Source: Atractiella rhizophila (taxonomy: Eukaryota). From it: a DNA stretch of 32,027 nt. The notes under the pieces are model-generated. The model worked only from the letters and a program-made list of their open reading frames with translations. It ran no database searches and was not told the DNA's origin. The stretch lies in NCBI GenBank assembly GCA_021432655.1, contig MU271567.1, forward strand, positions 1-32,027, read 5' to 3'. Both the position numbers and the translations under genes were made by a program. Every line of letters starts with the position of its first letter. The first letter of the stretch is position 1. Shown here one piece after another: positions 13,608 through 23,221 of this stretch.

Positions 13608-14878
13608 ATGCTCCTGCTCCTCTCTTTTCTTCTTGGTCTGCTCCTCCCGAACCTGTACGGATTCTTCTCCAGGCTGGTACGGAAAGAAGAGCCATACAAC
13701 TTGGATCATTTGCTGCTCAATGTGCAACCTGAAACTTGCAGTACGTGGCTAAATATGGGATATTGGAAGGTGATATAACTACTTTTCTAGTGTTCTTAGT
13801 CGACCTAACTTGACAGAAGGACACAGTCGACTTTCCACGAGCTTGCGAAGGTGGCATCCTTCTTCCTACCTTTGTTGAATCAGAAAAATTGACAGGAAAG
13901 GCCAGCGCTTGCCCTCAAATTGGCATCATTTTGGCGGTTTGCGACAGAACTGTCGAATAAAAGGTCTGTCCCTCTTCGTGATGCTCCCGTTTGAGCTCCA
14001 TTCATGCTGCGAGCTTATTCAAGTTTCCACCTGAAAAGTATCAAGGGTATTTGAGCTCTCATTTCTCGTTTTATTTTTAAATGGAGAAGAAAAGATCTCC
14101 CGCGAAGCAAGCGGTCCATTTCATAATAACCACAGTGCCAGCACTGACTTATTTTCTTCCCAAACTCGAAGAGGTTGGCTACGGCTGTGGTGACTCCCTC
14201 CTTCTGTGGGCCAACCGCTTCTCTCCCGCCCTGCTCGACGGTGTTACGTCCCTCTCGACACAACGCGATATCGCCATCGAAAAACTAAGGGGCTATGAGG
14301 TGGAATCGAAGGTGAAGGGAGATGTTCGATGTGGAGATGCGTGCGCAGATGGCGGAGAGGGCAAGCAGTATGATTTCATAATTGCCTGGATTGCGTCTAT
14401 CAGTTCGTCTCCTCTTACTTTCGTTTGCAGTCACTGACAGCGTGGAATATAGCTTCCCATCTCGCTTCAAGTTCCTCCAACTCTCTCATTCCCAGCTTGC
14501 CGACAACGGCACTCTCCTCCTCACCGATCTTGTACCCGTCCCTCCTACCTCCTCTAATCCGCTCACGCATCTCTTCACCATCACTCTCCATCGCCTCATC
14601 TGCCTACTGTCGTCCGCCCATACTCGAACCTCCTTCCCATGAACGAGTACATCGCCGAATTCAAACGGGCCGGTTATGAAGTCGAGGTTGAGGACCTGAC
14701 TGAATACGTGTTTGGAGGATTGAGGAGTTTCATTGAGCGCAGGGATAAGCAGAAACGATTTGAACCCTTCAAGGGAGGACCATGGGCGGGCTTCGTTGGC
14801 TTCGCAAAAGTCCTGCAGTGGTGGGAGGGAGGGAGAATGAAGTTTATACTTGTAAAGGCGACAAAGCAAGACCGTTAA
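13608..14878 (+). CDS. Class I SAM-dependent methyltransferase with hydrophobic N-terminus
   Basis: MLLLLSFLLGLLLP.., WLNMGYWK, DFPRACEALA, motif I EVGYGCGD, YDFII(ALDCVY)HFPSR, GTLLLTDL, EDLTEYVFGG. Two apparent 1-nt deletions (~14385, ~14618). Substrate unknown. Confidence 0.8.
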
Positions 14879-15379
14879 TTGGAGAGGGCAGTTCGAAGAG
14901 CTTATGCGCCTTCAAAAGCGAGTTCAGTTGAGTGTAGTTGGAAAGCACTCACCCTGTTAGGATGTAGACTTTCTGGTTTCTTTCAAACGTCGCAGTTGTG
15001 ATTTCATTCTAGCATCGCACTCAGCGAACGTAAACCCAACCACCTTAAGTAAAGAAACCCCGAATAGGTCAGTAGGGGAACTTAAAGATTGTCCCACTCT
15101 CTCTTCATCCAGGATTTAGGGAACATGGGAGCGCCGAGCTCCCATCTACGAATTTTCTGAGGGGCCCTTGATTTCTTGATGTAACTTATGCCTGACTTGA
15201 CTGGTGAGAAGTTTGATCGTAAATTCAAAAGTCATGACAAAAATTGTCGCCTATTTGCAATTGTTACATGAGGGATAGCCGCATACAAGGGGCTCAAACA
15301 TTGGACAAGGAAACTCTAATTCTCCGACTGCCATCTTTTCAAATTACGCCAAACAACCACACCACTGTGGATAAGCAAG

Positions 15380-16984
15380 ATGTTGGGATTACTCTCGTTG
15401 CTGCTCGCTTCGGCGGCAGCGTATCAGGTAGAAATAACGTCAGAATCGATGTCGAGACAAGTGTGCTCTGGGATGTGGGGGAAGGCGAACGTGGCAGGGG
15501 CAGCAGACCCATTTATCGAAAGTGAGCTCTTCTTCTCTTTGTGCCTGGGATATTGTTGGCCGGAATATCTGCTTTAGCAACATTTTGTGAATTGAATGGC
15601 AGAATATGCTGCTGCCTTGCTCCTTGTGCACAGCATCAACCTGGGCAAGTAACCTCAGCCATGAAGCTGCCAAGCTGTTCCCAACTTCCCATGTCCAATG
15701 CTTTTCGCCGGGGATGATTTTTGGTTTTACGGCATTTACTAAGAGTTTGGCAGAGTAGCTGGAAAGCTCGCACAGTCCTGCTGTGCTTCGGCGCAGCCTC
15801 GCTCTATTTTGGTTGATATAGTCGTACCATTTAGGATACTTTGCATCTTGAGACACTGGGCATCAAAGCAGGTCTTTTCTCATTCTGGAAGCGCGAACTC
15901 AACCTATTTTGAAACATGCTGACCGTCCCGGCGCCAGTCATCTTTGGCCCTTCTTCAAAGGGGTACCTCGCTCTTGTAGTTTACGAATGGGCGGATGCAC
16001 GTTATTTGGGGGTTGATCCCACTGGCACCAATGTGGAGAATGAATGGGGGGATGATGTAAGTCTCATTCTCCTCTTACCGGCCCTGCTAAACTGTGTTGT
16101 TAGCGAATATACGTCTGCACTCCATCTTCAGTATCATCTGGTTTATGCGACAGTGCCGATTTGGGGGAATTTCATCGTTTCACTACCGGATGGAAAGGGA
16201 ATCACAACTACAACTATTTGGACAACACATTTACACCTAGAGGAGGAGAAAGGGCCCGTTTCGGTATGTTTTTCCTTATCCCCAATACGCCGAACCGAAT
16301 ATGACCGGGACGGTGTGGAAAGATACGAAATTCCTCGCACTGGTTACTATTGCGTTGGGACGGTTCCTGTGACCTTAACAGTGGCAGGAGCGGACGGAGA
16401 AGCAGGAGAAGAAAGCTATTATGAAGGCGTGGTTGACTTCAGTAACACTTTCAAAGGATATCTACCTGCCAGCGAATACCCCAAAGTCGTTTTCTACGGC
16501 ACTCTTGTTCTTGTCTACCTGGCACTGGGAGCGACATGGGGTTGGCAATGCTGGAAGTTTCGGGAAGATTTGTTGCCTATCCAGGTGTGTTGGTTTCTTG
16601 CTCTGGGAGGTGAGCGGAGCTGACGGAAACCATCGTTGACAGCATTATATTACCGGCACCATTCTGTTTCTCATTGTCGAGATGGTTTCTATTTGGGGTA
16701 TGTTTCCATGGTCATCTCCAGGGGGGAAAGTTGATGCGTTTGACAGGTTACTATGCGTACCTCAACGCGTACGGCTCTGCAGGTTTCGGTCGTGTCCTTC
16801 TCGTCCTTGTTGCCATCTTGAACGCGGGCCGGAATTCACTATCCTTTTTCTTGCTCCTCCTTGTCTCGATGGGTTACGGTATCGTCCGCCCATCGCTGGG
16901 AAGCGTGATGACGAAAGTACGAATCTTGGCGGGTGTTCACTTTTTCTTCGGTATTATGTGAGCGGTTATCCCATCTTTCGAAGG
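15380..16984 (+). CDS. PTM1: PTM1/GOST (lung seven-TM receptor family) protein, 5' part, cut by the N gap
   Basis: Signal peptide, RQVCSGMWG, LVVYEWAD, TGYYCV, FSNTFKGYLPASEYPK, DLLPIQ, ILNAGRNSLSFFLLLLVSMGYGIVRPSLG, HFFFGI. Contains indels at ~16163-16300. Confidence 0.88.
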
Positions 16985-17009
16985 NNNNNNNNNNNNNNNN
17001 NNNNNNNNN
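16985..17009. other. Assembly gap (25 N)
   Basis: Run of 25 n. Confidence 0.99.
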
Positions 17010-17360
17010 TCGCTTCAGTCCAGAGGGGAGCAAATCCTAGTTGACGGTGTTGATATTTCCGGCATCAAGTACACAGATCCAGTGTTTGACTGCAGTAGTG
17101 CAACTATTCAGCGGGCAAAGGCGTGCAATCCTCACACGCAACGAGAGGTCGTACTGCGTACCATCTACGAAAAGGGGCAGGCTCAAAGTGAGTCTCACTG
17201 ATATAAAAAAGTGTAATACTGAACGGATGCGCAAGTGTGTGCTATGTGGGCCTGCTGACCAAGAAACTTGTACAGGAGCGGGAATGCGCAGCTGAAGAGA
17301 ATTTGCAAGACAGGGAAGCAACAAGGCAAGAGGAAGGCATCATGATGCAAACAGACTGAG
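17010..17360 (+). CDS. Possible 3' fragment of an unidentified gene
   Basis: Open frame from the gap, LQSRGEQILVDGVDISGIKYTDPVFDCSSATIQRAKACNPHTQREVVLRTIYEKGQAQ, ending at a GTGAGT donor (~17188); the last exon frame is unresolved. Confidence 0.3.
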
Positions 17361-18135
17361 TGATGTAATAAATTGCATGATTCTACATTCTCCACAAGCA
17401 AAATCATCAAGCATGTCATTGCTTGTTTAGTGGAATCAAGACATGCTCCATGTGCCTGTGATGCTGCAGAGTACTCCTAAATCATCATCCCTTACATTGC
17501 AAATCAGCTCGCTCAGGATGGAGACATAGTTAGACTTGAATGAGAAGAGAGGGAAGTCCAATCGCAAGAGGGGGAGATGGCTGATTTGCGGTTGTGCTGC
17601 TGACTTTCCTGCAGCATTTTCAAGTCGCGATGAGATTGTGGAATTGGAGAGACACACCTTCGGACACAATCCAAAGCTTGCGGCCAACTTGCGCAGTTTC
17701 AGCTGCATGGGGACTCGAAATCATGCATCAGAGGACGGTCGCTCACCGAGCTTATCAGACATCTCTCGCAAATCGAGCGACGAAAGGTTTCTCGCCTCTA
17801 GGCCAGAGTACCAACAGCATTGGCAGATAGTACGGAGAGCCGGATGCAACTAACAAAACACACGAACCCAGCAAATGGGAGATCGAGAGCGAACTCACCT
17901 TGAGCTCACTTCGGTGACTATTCAAATTTTGGATTTCCTGGACTCGAAACTTACTTCGCCGTGTAATGCAAAGGATACGATCGAGATGTAGTATAGGAAC
18001 GGGATTTGGTTGATGGATACAGATTTCTCTTTCTTCGATTGGACAACCTACACAAAGACAGCAGCAACACTCGACATCATTCTACAATTGTTCATTTCCT
18101 TAGATCCCTTCACACAGGTATCAATATCAATTCGT

Positions 18136-18812
18136 TTATGCCGCTTCCACCTGCCCACTCCATCAACATTGTAAACAGGAAGAAAGAGAAGAGACAGACC
18201 TGAGCGATGTGCGCGACGGCCTCTTCGTTGTCTGGGAACCTCTTGTGGAACTGTTACACACAATCCCGATCAACATTGTTTTTCCTCGCTCACTTCCGCA
18301 TGACATCGGGAAGAGAAGAGAGAAGGACTGACTTCGAGAAAAGTGTTTACGTATTCGGCCTTAGCCTCTTCCTTCGACATTCCCTTATGAGAATTCCACG
18401 CATCCCTTCCCACCACCGTCGTCAGCACCACATCTCCTTTGTTCCATCAGTAGAAGAGACGAGGACGGACCATTTAGCCTTGCCTACGAAATCGAGCACT
18501 CCAGGACGAGAGGTGTTAACGTCACCCTCAGTGGCTTGCTTATAAAATCCGTAAAACTATCCGCCATCCCACCATCCAATCAATCCATCGGGCACACGCA
18601 ACACGCCGCCGCGATTGCGACTGCGACTTCGAAGGAGGAGGAGGAGGAGATACGAACTCTGAGCTGATCGTCCTGGCTGGGTTGGACCGGTCCATTCTTG
18701 GGAAGACCCTGCAGCCATCGATCTGCTGGTTAGTTTCTCTGGTGATAACAGATGATGGCAGGAGACTGACCTGGATGATCTTGCAGGCGGTGGTGAACTT
18801 GGCGTCTGACAT
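18136..18812 (-). CDS. ACB1: Acyl-CoA-binding protein (ACBP/DBI), 6 short exons
   Basis: Spliced: [105 protein letters not shown]. Contains the ACBP signatures YKQATxGD and KAKWDAW. Confidence 0.95.
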
Positions 18813-19079
18813 ATCTTCGCTCTTGATTTAAACAGAATAGGTTAGGTTATGTATAGATACCGAATATACTTCTTCGTCCCTCGTCTTGGACTCGACTTGG
18901 TCGTCTCTTTCTTGGTTTTGGTTGGGAAGGAGATCAGATCTGTTCGATTCCAGATTCACGTGATTGTCTTTCCAGTTCTCCTCGTGTCCGTGTACGCGCA
19001 CCATAAACAAACCATCCACCAGCACCTGCTCTCTGCCTTCACTCAGCCAACAGAACACCGACACGACACAAAGAGGGAG

Positions 19080-20494
19080 ATGGTCCTGATACCCGTCCGT
19101 TCGCACGCGCGAGCCTACGCGCGCATCCTCTCCCACTCCCGCACCACCTCCGTCCTCCTCCTCTGCTCCCCGGACGTCGACGCGCTCTGTGCCTGTCGGA
19201 TCCTCACACAGCTGCTCAGGGACGACCACGTGCCGCATAAGGTGGTGCCCGTGGGCGGGTGGGAGGAATTGAGTAGGGTCGCGGAGGAGGTCGAGGGCGA
19301 TGGATCCGTATGTTGCTCGTTCAGTCTTCTCTGCGTCTGGACGAGGATGGGATGTGTCTGTGCTCTTGGTCTGTGTCGCTCATGTGTGCTCCCTGCTCCG
19401 TCTTGGGATAGATCGGTACCCTCGTCCTCCTCAACCTCGGAGGACTCTTCGATCTCTCCGAATTCTTCTCCCTCCCGAAATCCACGACCCTACATCTCAT
19501 AGACTCCCATCGTCCGACCAATCTTTCCAACCTGTTCGGAAGCCGCGTGTCCGCCGAAGAAGGAGAAGTCTGGGTGTGGGACGACGGAGAGGGCGATACA
19601 GACTTGGAGGAAGAGAAGCGGGCCTTTCAGCGTCTCGAAGTGAGTCCTCCCCTACACCGCTGTGTGCCGTATGTTCTATAGGAGTTGTGTTGAACCTTTA
19701 CTGTCGTGTAGTTCGAGCCGGAGAGCGATGGCGAGGACGAAGACGAAGACGAGGATGAAGATATCATCTTGCCCAATGGGCGGCGGCGGTTGCGCACCGG
19801 GAGCTCCACCGATTCAGAGGGAGAGGAAGGAGGAGAAGGAGGGAGTCGGAAACGACGACGCTTATCTGAGGATGGGGAGTCGCAATCGACCCGGACGTTG
19901 AATCGTCGGGAGAAGGGGATGTTGAAGAAGCGGATTCAGAAGTATTATTCGACTGGAACGTATTACGGACAATCCATAGCTTGCCAACTCTACACCCTCA
20001 CTTCTTCCCTCGGTCGCTCGTCCCCTGACCTTTTGTGGCTCGCTATATTGGGACTCACTTATCAGTTTACGAGTTCACTGATTGACAGGGATCGGTATGA
20101 TGCGTATGCGGAGGTGTTCAAGACGGAGGTGAGGAGGATGGGTGCTGGTGGAGGAGAGGAGGAGGAAAAGAATGCGGATAGGAGAGAGATTACGGAGGAA
20201 GAGGAATTGCAGTTTAGGTTGTTTAGGCACTGGAACCTCTTCGATTCCATGCTTCACTCGTCATACGTCGCCGGAAAGCTGGAGTTGTGGAGGGAAAAGG
20301 GTAGGAAGAGACTTCAAGGCTTATTAGCAAAGATGGGGTGCGTTCCCTGTCCCTCCTCGCTACTTTCACTGTGAAGAATAAACGCTGACCGACCAATTGC
20401 ACAAAGTTTCTCCCTGGATCAATGCCAACAAACTTACTCACACATGGCACCACCGCTCAAGAACTCTCTCCGTGCCTCACTCCTAGCCATCGCA
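19080..20494 (+). CDS. CDC45: DNA replication factor Cdc45, 5' half only
   Basis: [43 protein letters not shown], acidic loop, [63 protein letters not shown]; Cdc45 similarity stops at LRASLLAIA. Confidence 0.92.
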
Positions 20495-21283
20495 GTGGTC
20501 CCTCTTGAGGAAGCAAGCTATTTCATCCTCATTTTCATCTTCCCTCTGGCTTTCAGCTTGACCGCTTTTATGAGTATTGCTTTCGTCTACCCGATTGAAT
20601 ATAGAAACTGACATGAGGATAGTGTGGATCATGTATTCTCTCAACGCGACAATTGCTGATCTTGCTGCTCGCCGACAAACGTACAAGAAGCAGAGTACGC
20701 TGTCTTCTTTCACTCACAGCATACACTGATGATTATGTAGTGTTCACGAGGCTGTATCGCATTCTAATTGGCGCAGCACTTGTTATCTTTGCCTTCTTTG
20801 GTATGCATCCTAGTTCCTTGGTTCCCTTTCCGCGCTCACGGACATGCAGTGATCTCTTCAATCTCGTTCTCCAACCGACTCGATGAGGATTACGCTCCAG
20901 ATACGTGGAAAACGCGTTGGTTCTTGCTTGATGGATGGCTCGGCCTGCTCTATCTCTCCGTTTTCGCTTCCATAGCCTTCTTGTGGAGACCCACAGCTCA
21001 CAACCGCCGCCTCCTAATGTCTGACGAGCTTGCAACGGATGAAGACGATGAGCAGCTTGACACTTTGCGACCCCATGGAGCCGAGGATGACGATGATGAA
21101 AATGAAGATGATGCGAAAGAAGGAGAGTATCGCCCCCTCACCGGAAGAAATCGTGACGGTGGAATGAGGGTAGGGAATGATAGTCTCGTGTTCGACATTG
21201 GGGATGAGGAGGATGATGAAGATGATGAGAGGAAGGGATTGACGAGTGGAAAGAAGAAGGAACCGCCGCCGTACGAGGTTTGA
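20495..21283 (+). CDS. PTM1: PTM1/GOST 3' part (copy 1), in frame with the upstream CDC45 exon
   Basis: VVPLEEASYFILIFIFPLAFSLTAFM/MWIMYSLNATIADLAARRQTYKKQ/MFTRLYRIL../..WKTRWFLLDGWLGLLY..IAFLWRPTAHNRRL, then an acidic tail ending PPPYEV*. Confidence 0.88.
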
Positions 21284-23196
21284 TTTGATGCGGAATAGAT
21301 TATGGACGCTCTGTGAAAATTACGGATACTACAGATTCTTTCATGTAATTTCATCCGCCTCCGCCGTAATCAAATTGTCAGTAGTGGCTGCCACGGTTGT
21401 GAGTCTATGATGTGTGTTTCATTATGTTTATCAGGTCGAGTCTTGGGAATACCCCGTACATCCCTCTAGCCCTAAAGCATTGCTGGGATTCTTGCGGTTT
21501 CTTCCTCGAAGCGAACCGTCTTCCTCTCCTCAAACCAACCCCACCTCTCCAACTCCTCTATCGGCGGATCTGCGACTCTGTCTAGCGAGGGGTTACGGAT
21601 GTCAACTCCCAAGGGCCAAACTGTGTGGAGTTCCAGAAGTTCTTCTTGCTCAACCTCATTCCTAGTGAATTCATGTACCCTGTCTCTGATCGTGTCCCAA
21701 AAGAAGACCCTGAAATACGGATTCCGAACGTGCCTCGCAAAAACATCTGCCTGATAGTGAGGGTCGACGAGTAGGAGGTAAAGCTCATCTGTCCTTAGCT
21801 CCCAGGGATGAAGGTCATCGGGAGGTAGCTTCCAACACATAAAATTCTCATCGATGGCGACGTCGTCAACCCATGCCACCTTGAGATTGGTGGGAGGGAT
21901 GCCATATTTGTGGTAGAATGAACGAGTGTCATTTCTAAAGTCTTCCTTGCGGTTAGCCGGTCGTTTGAATTCGAGGTTGGCGAGTCGCTCCTCGAATTGT
22001 TCCTTCCTCGCGATCTCAATGGACTTTTTGCTAGAGGCGAATGCGAGTTGCGTTAATCACCTAATACCCATTGGCGAAACTAAGTAAAGCTCACTGGTAC
22101 AATTCGTCGTCCCTTTTTTGAGCAATAATGCGCATTCGTGTCTGCCTCTCTTGAACCGTCTCCTTCTTTGGTCCCTTTATCCATGCCTTCCGTTCCCTTA
22201 GATAATCGGCCACGGTAAAAGTATTAGGAGCTAAGATTTCCTTCGCCAACCAATGGACGTCGGTGCGCTCTTCAAACTTGATAGGATCGCTGATATAACT
22301 GTAACCAGGCTGAGCACGACTCAAGAAAACAAGGGAAACTGACTCTTTCCAAAGTTGGTCCCATTCCACAGGTGTATAGACAGCCGGTTTGTCTTTTCCA
22401 AAGAGTGGCATAATACTTGGGCTGTAAATACCAACTTCTTACAGATTACGCCGCAGGGTTTGTTGATGGGATATTGAACGACGATGCAAAGAGGGGACAG
22501 GAGGCCGGTAACTTGATAACTGAACCAGGGAACCTACAGTGATGTGGAAACCTGTGTTGATGCACGGGAAAAAACCTGTGTAACAAAGTGAGACTTGGTT
22601 CTCGACAAGGGATGTCATGGTGTGCTTACCAGCAGAAGGTAGCAAAGTGTCACCGTCAGAAATGGCTGCTGCCCCTTTGATCAAGTCTTTGGAATTAAAA
22701 TGTAGACGGCAACGCTAACTGTCTTCTTCAAACCAAGAGTTGATGGTTAGATGGTGGAAGACAAAACTCGAGGTGAAAATACGGGCGGAGCGGCTGCCAA
22801 AAAGAAACCAGCACTTTTTGGCAACAGCAGATCCACCCGAGGAAGCAAGTTTCGTTGTGGGAGTCAAAGTAACTTCTGCAAGCTGGAATTGAATTCGCTG
22901 CAAGAACGACACTTGACCAGTTGACTCGTTGATATCTGGTTAACTACCGCCGTAAGAAAGTCCTGTTGCTCCTAGAAAATCTTCCTTGACCACTGCTATC
23001 CACTTCCAATCACCAATCAGGGAGACAATTGTGGCGGATACCTTCACAGCGAAGAGCGTCAGTATGTGGCTGTTGGGAGGGACTGATGTCAGGTCCCGCA
23101 CAGTGCTGCCACCGAGTCTGTCCCTGTGTCAACCACTGCTGGAGACGCTTTCGACGAGGACGGTTTCAGCTCCATCACAAGGAGGTAACAAAGGCG
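20855..23196 (+). repeat. Copy 1 of a ~2.35-kb diverged direct duplication (matches 25992-28346)
   Basis: Colinear from TCTTCAATCTCGTTC to GGTAACAAAGGCG with scattered substitutions and non-coding indels. Confidence 0.97.
21472..22411 (-). CDS. Orphan protein, copy 1 (~3 exons; true start may lie further upstream)
   Basis: MPLFGKDKPAVYTPVEWDQLWK..KRDDELY/(intron GTGAGC)..IEIARKEQFEERLANLEFKRP..AWVDDVAIDENFMCWKLPPDDLHPWEL..RIPAML*. The frame is preserved in both copies. Confidence 0.7.
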
Positions 23197-23221
23197 NNNN
23201 NNNNNNNNNNNNNNNNNNNNN
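23197..23221. other. Assembly gap (25 N)
   Basis: Run of 25 n. Confidence 0.99.

Noticed and set aside
15125..15145. Hairpin ATGGGAGC-N5-GCTCCCAT upstream of PTM1
   Set aside because: An 8-bp stem is plausible by chance in 32 kb; there is no supporting context.
1020..18812. Lipid-metabolism cluster (GIT1, methyltransferase, ACB1)
   Set aside because: The genes are interspersed with unrelated ones, and ACB1 lies on a piece whose placement is doubtful.
17010..20494. Mobile element carrying ACB1/CDC45
   Set aside because: No transposase, TIR, LTR, Helitron end or target-site duplication visible.
21040..21235. GAT/GAA/GAG triplet repeats (also 19730-19760 and 20150-20210)
   Set aside because: Explained by acidic low-complexity coding tracts in Ptm1 and Cdc45.
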